Assembly: GCA_976226885.1 (NCBI GenBank)
Contig: OZ320313.1
Span: 121,024,001 to 121,088,000, forward strand
Source: Iphione sp. A-MEVVRFRX5
Lineage: Eukaryota
Direction of reading: 5' to 3'
Length of the DNA stretch: 64,000 nucleotides
This document shows, in pieces, positions 49,101 through 61,100 of this stretch. Each line of letters opens with the position of its first letter. The first letter of the stretch is position 1. The position numbers and the translations under genes are program-made. The notes below the pieces were generated by a model. It had not been told where the DNA came from. It did not search any database and saw only the letters and a list, made by a program, of their open reading frames with translations.

Positions 49101-52100
49101 ACGACCCATATTTTCACCCAAGGTGTCCCATTCTGCATATATTACACCTCTGTTTGGCCATTACGGTATTTTAGTTTGTTTCATAGCCGTTTTACGGAGA
49201 ATATGAATCGCATGGCCTTATTGGAATGTAGAAATATGTTGTGTTTTATATGACAAAATGTGTCGGTAAGTTGCAAATACATGTATATATATATTAGTTA
49301 TATAGAGTGCATGATATTTATGAGATATAAGGTAGGTTCCCTTGTCTGCATGCACATGTTAAGTTATCAATCACTCGGTACTTGGTTTACGTTTACGGAG
49401 TCCTTCGTCCAAACCAACAGTGCTGGATTGACTCTTATATATACATGGACCCAGTATCATGGATGCTTCACACGTGGAAGTAGTTCTCATCCTGTGACCA
49501 TCACCCATGTTGTCTCTGAGGTCCATGATCGGATGATGTGTTGAACATGGCAGGTACGGTACCAGACACCAGCACGGGATCTGCCCAACATATGGATAGA
49601 TAAGTGAATGTTCCCCCTCAGTTAGTGACTATTTTGTGTCAGGTTAGCCAGTATTTATTCAAACGGCACACACAGGAATGGGACCAGCACAAAGATTGAT
49701 GGTGGCTGACCCTCTGACCATCCATCAGGACCTTGCTGGTCTATTAACTTTCATATCAGTGTAAATTTATGGTAAATATATACATCTAGTTAGACTCAGA
49801 CGCCTGTCTGATTTTGGTCAAATGGGATGGATCTTTTTAGAAGATAGAAAGTTGGTTTAAGAAAAGAGTGAAATCCACCACCTGCCTCTTAATTGGTAAT
49901 CAAAGTCCAGTTAATCATACATGTTTAGAGCTCCTTGATTCTTTAGTTGGGGAGCCAGAGACGGTCCCACTCGTATTTTCCCTCTAGGTTCATGAGAGGC
50001 ACTGTCCAGCCATTCGCCAATGTAATCTAAACACTCCAAACTGTTCCGGTGAGTTTTCTGCGCAACAGGAAGCTTCCGATTGTCCATTATCGACAGCTAT
50101 TTCAAAAAGGGGGCTATCTGCGAGTATGGACGGAGTTTGCCAAATTGTTTGAGGACGAGCGGTAGGATGTGGTTTGTTATTCTTAGTCTTTACAGTTATC
50201 GGCCACGATAGCACGGCGCAAACCACAACAGTCTGTAAGTCGGCGTCTGTCGTAGCCCCTTCTAACGCTGCTGGCCTTCGGGCGGCGAGTCAGGACGTGT
50301 GTATATGTGTGTATCGGATGGATGGGTGGGTTGGTGGGGGTGGAGGGGTTCAGGGCCATCGAAATAATTATTCACAGAGAATTCCAGAGGAGGACACGAT
50401 CCGCTAAGAATTTTGAGATGCCCGAGAAACATGTCGCAGCTAGTGTAGAGGTGGAGACCTGGTAGATTTAAGTAACCATTATTTCCACCTTCCTCGCGTG
50501 TGTACGTCTTGAAAGAACCACCGAAAGATGTGTGAACGCTGCATATTGTAAATTATTTTTACAGACAAGTATACACGTTCACAATTCTAAACATATACGA
50601 CTCCTCAGGTAAAACCTGATATTTTATTTCACCCCCCTCCCCCCCAAAAAAAAAAGATTCTTGAAATTGAAGAACCTGTCCCGCCACATGTGTTCTTCTA
50701 TATGCTGTGCTTTGTCACAGTCACCTCAAGACTTCAGGTTGTCAACGGTGGACATGGGTTCAATATTGCTGGCTGAGGGGGAAGTTCATCCGCCGTGGAC
50801 GATGTATAGATCACATTTGTACCCATTCACTGTGCACAGCTGTCAATGATCAGCTACAGATCTTTCATCTGGATTAATACATATACCTCTCATGGATGGA
50901 AGGCATGGTGAGCTTCCATTTATAGAAATGGGGCAGAAAAAGGAGTCTTCAGCGTCCTGCCTAAACACCAGGAACATTTGAGGACAGTGAGTTCACATCC
51001 CTATATGGTCCATAACAACATGTTTGTTATAAGGTCATAACACACGTCAGTGTATAAAAGACGCCGACTGGATGCCCCTAGCGGCGCGTTAGGGAACCCA
51101 CGCGAGGTTGCCCGTACTTCCGTGAACGCCAACCAGTGACTCACTCTTCACTGTTTTTTCTAGTTCAGCAATGCCAGTGTGACCGAGGTCAAATAAATAG
51201 AGCTGGATGCTCAACTGAAGAGGGAAAATTGCAGCATTTCGGCCGAATTGCCGCCATGTTTAGAGGGGCCTTTAGTCGTGTAGAAAGTACTAGATGGTGA
51301 AAGAATGCGCATGCAGTGACCAGCGTTCACCTGATGACATGCAGCCATTTTAGAAATTAGCCAAAACACTAGGCAAGTGTGTTCACTAGGGCCTCTTTGG
51401 TGTGTTGAAAACAGCCCACACATACATGTATATATATGCAATCGTATGTATGCCTATAAACGTCAGTGTTTAGGCGCGCATGTGTAAGTTACTACGGGGA
51501 ACTCCCCACACCAATTGATAACAATGGATGAAAGGGAAGTCTGATGATCTACGAATATATTTTATCTAGAAATACATCTTTCATGTTCTGTTTTATGGCA
51601 GATGTTAACTTGCATTCAGTTTCTCCTGTCAGATTCACCGATCAAGCGTAGGCGGCAGAAATTGCTGCCGTATAATATACCGGTTCAGTGTTTGCTGGTT
51701 TCATCTGTGTGATATTGGCGAAATAGCCATACTTGACCCCCTTGTAAAACTAATGAATTTTAATTTGTAGTCTGCGGTATTTCAAACGTTTCAATTCTTG
51801 AAATAGCAAGACTCAGCTTCGTTCCTCGGACACATTCGTGCCTTATATATAAATTTTAGTCGACTTCATCAGCAGTAAGTGGGAAGGAAAGGAGCAGCCG
51901 TGTAAACCGTCAAGGGGTTTGACACCACTGGAAGCAACTCAAAAAGTTTCCTTTGTTTATAGGTCGCGAGTGACCTCAAGATTGTCGTTCCTTTCTTCCC
52001 GTACGGCCTGTTACTGTTTTTAGTTCTCTTTTTGAACTAGTAGAGTAGAAATATACATTACTGTACTCGTCCAAACTCTACACATAAATGCCTTACTTAG

Positions 52101-55100
52101 AAATTTATTTCTCTTTTTAAAAACATTTAGTGGTAAAGAGTACTGGACAGGTTTAAGGCAGGTGTATTAGTGAATTAAAGAATTTTGAGCATGACTTCTC
52201 TCAGCACAGTTTTTCTCTAACATTTGGGTGGTATTGAACAAGAAAACTTCAAGACAGGCATGTTTGACTACTTTTCGTTTTTGTTCCCCGCCTCATAGTG
52301 GGAAGGGGGACCTTAGGAATGCTGCTGGCTGACTGTCTGATCTTCTGTCACACTCTTGTGGGTCTTATAACTCTCAAATCCTTCACTCAAATGAACTAAT
52401 TTTGATGTATGCTACTTGTATATATGCACCCATGGTACTGGGTAATTATGGTAGTAATTCAAGTACTTCAAAGGTGAAATTATGCCAATTTACTTCTTTG
52501 CTAACACACCCACAAACATATATACCTCGTTTGGGGATTTCTAGGTCTGACAATGCACACACTTGCACTTGCACATGCTCAACAATACCTCCCTTTGGCC
52601 AGTATCAGCTTGTAGCAGTCTGGGACCTTTGTGTGCTCAGTGAAGCAGAACAGAGGGTTGTAAATCTGAAAGACTTCATTCTCCCCCCTCCCTTCCAGCC
52701 ATGCAAGCAATCAGCCATGAAATGGGTTGTTGATGGTGGAGAACAATAGACATTGCAGGTCCACACTCTTGTTCCTTTTGTTTAACAGATATCCTGAGGT
52801 ATGGAAAGAAAATTGCATTTTAATCTTCTTGGTCATAGAATTATTTGGCGCACATGATTTTACTAAGCTATGCGCCCTGCAACATAAACACCAGAATCAA
52901 AACATAAAAGCAAGTTGAAGTTCAACTTTTACTCAAACAAATTTGTGATGTATTGATGTACAACGCGTTATTTTTATGAATTAAATGCCAACTCCCCATA
53001 TCCTATGAAAAAGAGACAATTGTTGGGTTATGATGTTTATTATTCAGACATTTCCACTGGGCCTTAAGCAAAATATTATTTGTATGTAACGACATATAAA
53101 GCCTCTCAAGCCTAAATCATGAAGCGATATGGTGGCTCGCAGGACGAAAATTATTATATTTTTGACTTAAAAAGTTGGTCCACACCAAAGGAAATTGATC
53201 ATTTTCCACTGGGTAAGTATTGAGTTTGAAACCTGCCCGATGTATGTCGCACATATCAGTGATTGTACCTAATGTTTTTTTTTCTCTTTCTATTTGTAGA
53301 ATCCAGTCGCGCACTGCTGGTCAGATCCCTCGTATTTCAAACGTAAATTTTGCAATCTATGTCGTAAACGACTAGAGGATAGTCTGGCTATTCGTTGTGA
53401 AAGTAAGTAATATTTGTTTTTATATTTTTAATATTTGATTTTATGTTCACACGTGTTATACATACTCAAAGACATCGCATGGTGGGCATCACTACCTTCC
53501 TATCTAAACGTGAAATGTCTTATTTTGTAATGTATAAATAACAGCATGTCAATCACTATTTTTGTGCAGACCTATGCCATGCAGAATTGACACAATTCAT
53601 TTAAAAGTAGAAGTGATCTGGAATTTTTCACGATATAGCAAAGAAACGGCAGAGTATATTTATCAAATTTAAATCATGGCAGTGAAGTCAGTCGACACGT
53701 GAGCACACGTGTGTTTTTTGCGTAGCAAATTTCTTTTCTGTGGTAAGAATACGAAAAGTTGTTGTAATATTTTGCATACACTGAGTATTATTGAGTGTCC
53801 TTTTTTGAAAAGAGATGTAGAAAGACAAATATACATAGAAACGTATGTGAGGTACCTGTGGTGCATTCTTAGTCATACACACATATGTAAGAAGAACGAA
53901 ACAGAAACAGTTGTATATAACACAAGTGTGATGTGTGCATTCAGTATTGATGCTGTGGATTTAAAGAAATACTTCTTTTATAGATCGACACTAGACAATT
54001 TATTTTTTCGTCTTGTTTACCGGTTATGATTCCGTTACCTTTGGCTGCAGAGCTTGGAAAAGCCGCGTTCCCACTGCCAACCTTCCAATTATCTGATTAG
54101 CTGTCATAACCTGTGATCATGCAGGCTAGAGCTAAAAAAATAGTTCTTCTCTATGAACTCTTGATGTAGATTTATTTTGCAGTTAATTTAAAACAGAGAA
54201 GATATATTTTCCTCTTTATTTCCTGAAACGCCTGCTGAGGTTTTGCAGTGCCCAATATTGTTTTTTCCAAGGCTTAACATTGTCATCAATGGCAGAAAGT
54301 GAAAACAGAATAGTGAAATCAGAATAGTGAAAACAGAATATGGGATCTCAGTGTCAGGAATACTGTGGAAAGGTTTGCAGGAATTACAGTACAATGTATT
54401 TCAAAGCTTGCAGTCAGTATTCAATTTGTTATTTATCTATGTACATACACTAGGATGACTATATATGGATATATATATTTTAGCCACCAAGTCTGAATCT
54501 GAGGATTTGCAAAGTACACTGCACTGTTGATAACCTTGTCTTTGATACCATTATTTTCAAATGCTTGACCCAACCCTTAATAGTCCAGGAGCTCAGCAAG
54601 GGTGGGTTTGGTAGATAAACACTGAGTTGAGTAAGTTGTATACATGAGTACAATTGCATTAACTGTCCTGATGGCTTGATATGAAGATGGACAATACTTA
54701 AGTTAAAGCGGCATCAGGACTCAACTTAAAGAGTGGGACTTGTATCAAATGATTTCAAATTTTTATCATGAAGGTTGCTGGAAAAGAAAACTAGAGAGAT
54801 ATACAAGGCTAAACTCGAACTGACACTACTGGTTACCTTTAGGACCGGGAAAAAAGAACAAGGGTCATAAGAAACATATCGTAAATAGGGATTCTACTCT
54901 AGTAACAGACAAAATCAAATGCTTGACCCAGCTGGAAAAAAAATTGTGTAATGCACTAGTTCAGTTCCCAAGAAAAACCACACATACATCCGTATACCTA
55001 GGTACATTGTTTCATTTATGGTCATTTTGTATGTCGGAGATCTCAACCATAGAAGACATTCTGTATGTCAGTGTACTCCTCCGTATAAACTAACCAACGC

Positions 55101-58100
55101 AACTGTGATGAGAACATGACAGAAAAAAACCCTGCACCTATAAATGGACCCCAACCCAAATGTACCCATTCCAACAAAACTTCAGAATTGAGGTTACATC
55201 TTGTATTTGACGTAATCCAAAATGATATGAAATTGAGAATCTATAGATCTTCGATCAAAACCTTGGTGTCGAACAATACACTAGCGAATGTTTACATATT
55301 TACATGTACACATATATACGACCGTACCAGGTTAAGTGATCGGGAGTGCGTTTTACCTAAAATCTTGAAGCTGATCGTGCATTCACTTAAACCAGTCGGT
55401 TATCCTAGAGGGGGAAATCTTCATATTACATTGAAATGTGTGTGCTTTACCTAATACTTGTTTTACCTGTACATCGATAATCCCAACATACCTGTAAACG
55501 CACGTAATTTAAAGCTGATAATGAACAGCCTGACAGAATTTTTCATCCCGATCTCGCTCTCTTGCAGTCTGTGAATACTATGTCCACGTGGACTGTCAGG
55601 ACTTTGTTGTCAGTGACTGCATGGAGTGCGCGACGTATATGCCCTCCATGGAGAAGGTAGGTTGAACATTATTCAAGTGTATACATATTCGACTAGATTT
55701 CAGTGGCGGGAGTTGGAGAGAGGGGCAGGATCATTATTGTTCTTTGTAGGGACTGTAGGTACAGTAGACAACCCACTAAATGCAGTAGAACCTTTTCACG
55801 AGCCTTGGTTCCTAGTGAAAGTTTCTCCATTTAAGGGATCACCCCAGTCCTAGATTTTATCATGTATAGCCAATATACGATGCTATTCCAGCCAAAAATG
55901 TCTCCAGTTTAGGGCTATCCCCCACATCAGAGTGCCCCAATACAAAGGTTCAGCTAGTCTTGCATGCAACCTTGGCTTGGCACTTATGTCTGGTAACTGC
56001 CTGTTCTTGTAACCCAAAAGAGGTGCACATTATCTGAGATAGATCTGAATACATGTTAAAATTTTTAAAATACCTCAGGCGATGATCTCCCCATCGAATT
56101 TTTTACCACGATGGGACTGGACTTAATGACTTAACCCTGCCTCTGAGTGCACTACCGTGAAGAAGGCAATGTCCCAGCTGACTGTCCTCTCATGCACAGT
56201 CAGATCGCAGTCATCTGGAGCTTCTCTCCCCGTCTCTCTTTCGCACCAGATGTGGAATACAGCATATTTAAAATTATTTCATATCACTCAAATTCTCTCA
56301 ACCCCCACATTTTCCTCTGTCTCATACCCAGATTCTTCAATCTCTGGGCTGATTTTGTCACTATTACATGACGATTCCACATAAATTTAACGGAACCAAC
56401 ACACAGCTTTCTAGACTTGAAGAGATAATGCATATTGACGTTTCTTGCATAAGATTGTTTTCCTTACTGTACATTAAACATTTTACTGAGAGCATCTTGT
56501 GGTTTTTATTACTACAGGGTACGGTAGCGCAATACCATCACTGGCGGGAGGGTAACTTACCAGGCAACTCGAAATGCCTCGTCTGCAAAAAAACCTGCTG
56601 GTCGTCAGAGTGTCTTGCTGGTATGCGGTGTGAGTGGTGCGGAGTCACGGTAAGATCACAGCGGATTCCCCGACGAAACGTACATCATCATCAACACGTT
56701 CACATCTCAGGCACCCACCACACTCGGGGCCCATTTCCATTCATCCATGTTTTCCTGTGCTTACTGACTACGAAATGTTATCGCCGAGATGAAAGATGAA
56801 ATGGGATTTGATCATTCTCTCTATCTGTGGAACACCAAGGCTATGTCCTATTTGAATGGCGGAAAAGGAATAGTGTACCTAACAGCACTTCTCTGGGGAA
56901 AATATTGCAGTTGTTCTTGATAAAAAGAGTATTCTCTACTCCTTTGGTTTCGCTCAAAGGTTATCTTATCGTGGTTTAATTATATGGCTTTCATTTTCTA
57001 TATCTGGGTATTTGTTTCGAGAGTAGAAGCATCGCGATGAATGTTTTTTTTTTTTTTTTTTTTTTTTTTAGATACTTTTCATACCTAGAGTTCTTTTCTC
57101 ATACGCACGCCTCCCATACATATTTCCGCCTTTGATGATTTCCATGTCGTTATCTTGCTTCGTTCTTCAAAAAGTGTAAGCACTTTGAAATACCACCGCC
57201 GCCGCCACCACCACCGCTGGTCACATTCTCCTCTGAGAGATGCAGACTGAGCCTCGTGCTTTGAGTCTCATTTCTCGGGCGTGTGTGCGCGTGTACGCGT
57301 GTGCGTGCATTTGCATGTGCGCTTGTGCGTGCTTGCTGTTAACGTCCGTCGCTAACAAGTTTGTGTTGCATTGAACACCACAGGCCCATTCAACATGTCA
57401 CCGGATGCTGCCGAAGGAATGCAGCTTTGGCTGCCTGCGAGAAATCATGCTACCCCCATACTGCCTCACTGTCCCGCGGATGGACGTCCCCATGGAAATC
57501 ATTTATGGATTTCCTTTAAAGCAAAGTAAGTTAATCGACCTGCAGCTTCGAATTCTTCCCATGGGTTACACGAGGCACTCTTAGCAGTCTTTTTTTAAAG
57601 TAGTCGGCTGCATTTCAAATGTCAACAAGGTGGCAACCTTAACATTTCATTTTTTTCCTTCTCTGAGCCCTTTGTCTAAGCTACAGTATTACTCGCACTT
57701 CTAGTAGACAAAAGCCAGGGTCGAAAACGTTTTTGATTAGTGTGAAAGAAGGAAAGCTTAAAGCTAATATCCTCATAAAGAATCGGACGCCATTTGCAGT
57801 GTTTTGTTTCCTTAGTTTATCCCACCTTTTCTTATTTTATTGTTGATAGTTGTTTTATCGCCACATAGTTATCTACAGCGAGACAAGCGTTGAAGAAGGA
57901 GCTTAATTTAAACCGATTATTCAAAAATAATGTTTCTTTTCTTTTTTTGCCTGCTCCACGTACAGCGGGTCCTGGTGAGTATGATTCATGATAACACCCG
58001 GCTCCACCTAGTCTTCAAAATATCGTGCACTCTTAGATTTTATACCCGGTAAAGTATATTTTGTTTAATTTCCCAAAGAGCTATTTACACCAAACAGTAT

Positions 58101-61100
58101 CCACAAACGAGGTAATCCATTTGCGAGGCCAGTTGATAAGTGCCCGGACCTAAACATGGAATGCGCTCCGCACCAACCGGCTATGCCTGATAGAAATTTC
58201 TGTGTGCCCCTGTAATGGTTTGCAAACTAAATTGCTGCAGTGTCAGTCTCAGAATACATATATTAAACAAAGATGTGACTTCGGTTCGCACAGGGATTTA
58301 TGTTAGTACGATGAAAGATGACAAGTCAACCGAGACATGGGTATTCTATCTAAAATATATCAAGCAGAAATTATATTTCTTTTCCAAAACGGGGGGGGGG
58401 GATATTCGTAATTTTGGGGTCACTCTAATGGGCGTTGCTTGTTCGGTACTTGTCTAAAAGTGTCCTTCTCCGGCTTGACGACGTGAGCCCAGATGTTAGC
58501 TGTTAAGAATTGAAGGGTACTAAACTTGCAGCGCGCACAGTATCCGAAGAGTTCCCGTCGAGTGGAGATTCCAAAACAGAAGAGGAGGAGAAAAGGTCGC
58601 CAAAGGACAAGGAGGGAAAGAATAAGGAGAAGGACATAGATGAAGGACAGGGTAGGTGCTGGGGTCGAACTTAGCCCATTTGAACATTGACCATCTAGGT
58701 CAGTCATCCTGGAATGAATCTAAACTATACCATTTTTACATAAATCAGTCTAATTCATATAGGGAAATTTGTTGATCACCTGGTTAAAAAAATTGTGCTC
58801 AAATTGCACCCACTGAAAAATTGACCATTGGTCAGTATTGAGTTCGAACCCTGTGTAACAGTTTGTGGCTAAGTTTATCACAGAGTCCTACTTACTTATT
58901 TAGTGTAAAATTTAAATATTCTTAGATACAAGGATATATTGTCCAAAATATTAACTTACTTCCCTGAAATAATGCAACAGATTAAAACACAGATACAGTA
59001 TTATGATTACTCAAATATATTCGAAAACTAATTTTTGTTTTTTTTCCACAGCGGTACGCATGCACATCTCCTAGAAATTGTAAGCTCTACTACGAAAACT
59101 AACATTTATACTGTGCGCACCTGTGTAACTTGCTTGGCTTTCATATTTCCCTGTTTATTGTTTCAGAAATTGTACGGATATACGACGGAAATAGTTCTTT
59201 AAAGAAAGGAATTTATAGGAGTGTAGCAGTGCCTAAAGGAGCACCCTCGCAGGTTCTCCTCGTAAGTATACCAATCGCCTGAGTAACATTTCGTTTATCC
59301 TTCTTTTGGAGCTAACTTTGTGACGTCATTGACTTGTCTTTGAACTGACGGTTATACGTGTAGTACAAACTAATATTTTGCGTCTATTGTATAAAGAAAT
59401 TCTTGCACACTCTTCACTTTTGATTGTATATTTGCTCAACTTTACAGGAGGCAGCACTGCGCACATTCCACATATCTGATGACCCCAAGAATTTCTATAT
59501 TTGTGAAGCCATAGAAAAGGGTATGTACATGTCTCTGCATACAGAAAGAGCCGCCTTACATACAAACCGCCTGAGATTGTTCTCGCATGTAATTGGTAGT
59601 ATTCAAGCTAGAAGCCAGAATGACGTACCTTCAACAGTAGATTCATTATTATTATTATTAATTATTATTAATTATTATTATTATGGGATTTACATGAAAT
59701 TATGAGGAATTTTAAAAGGAGAAAAGGAATTTCTTTATGTACAATCTTTGTGAAAAAATCCAGAAACCCCCAATAAAGCTTTGAACTAAGCTGCTAATGG
59801 ATTAAAAAAAAGAATTGACGCTGTGAAATTGTAGGCCATTTCAATGAAGTTGTTACTTTTTCTTTACTTCACAGAAGGTGAGACGGACAACTACCAACCC
59901 GGTGAAGCGACAACAGGTAAATTTGTAGTATCTGTATTTATACTTAACGGAATTTTTAAGGAAAAGAACACGCCTACCGTACGAAAGGATTTAGACGGGT
60001 TAGGGATCTGCATTCTTTATTAGATGTAGATAATATGTTTCTGTCGAACCCAGTGTATGTCAGATTATGTTACACATATACTTCAGATATACATAAATGT
60101 GTCTACAGGTAGAGCTGTATGACTGCCAGCCTATTTATGAAAGCTGACTTGCAGTAAAATCGTGTCCAATTGGAAATGATTTCTCCATACCGATACGCAC
60201 ACCTCTCTATCCCTCCCCACCTCTCCAGATGCCAGTAATATCGATGTGGCTGGTGGCCGTGTTCCAGCCACCCACACCTGTCCCTTCGTGGCCTCCCACT
60301 TATGTCTGTGTCATGGTGTGTGGCTTGCAGAAGCGCCCGACCGGGAGTTGGACGTGTCGCTACCGATCCGCACCCAAATTGGTGGCCACGAGGGCAAGAG
60401 GCCATCTGTATTCCTTCGTTATAAGGCCAAGGACCCCGACCGAGGCCACATACGGGTCTACCCAGGCAACCAAAGGTGAGAACACCCCCCTCCAGTAGAG
60501 GACAGGCCACTCGTATGCTGGCCTCGAATTCAATCGATTTTATCCCAGGCGGTTTTTAAAGTTTTTGTTATAAGCCCTGAAACCAATTTTGGACGAGCGT
60601 CAGTGCATAGTTTTCAACACAAAGAAAAGCATACTAAAATGACGGCATATGTATTTATTTAATGAGTTAAATAAGTTAAAAGAATTTGAATTTTTGAATT
60701 TGGTGTATCCACAAAGCATGGAAATGGCACTCCATGTGACAACTGACTGATTGCCTTGTGTCTTCGTTCTCTTTTTCAGGTTACCTAATAAAGCTAGTGT
60801 CCAATTTAAGCACATACCTGTTACTAGTGAGACTACCGCACAGGACGTGATAGAGAAAGCCCTGAAAAAGTTTGATATTGAAGTAAGTCCAATGTTGATG
60901 TAGTTATAAAAAAGAAGGAAATCAGTTCATTTTAATCACTCCACATTGTCGTATCCACATCAAGTACGCGAATCTTACATGTCAACGTCAGTTTAAGGGC
61001 ATTAACTGCTCCGAAATCCTGAGTATAAATATATATTAAGCACAGCTTCTAGATGAACTAGTATGGGGGAGATTTTATTGGATCTGTTAAGTATAACACT

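Noticed and set aside
51050-51130. TATA-box promoter (TATAAAAG followed by GC-rich sequence)
   Set aside because: A single short motif with no supporting transcript or downstream exon.
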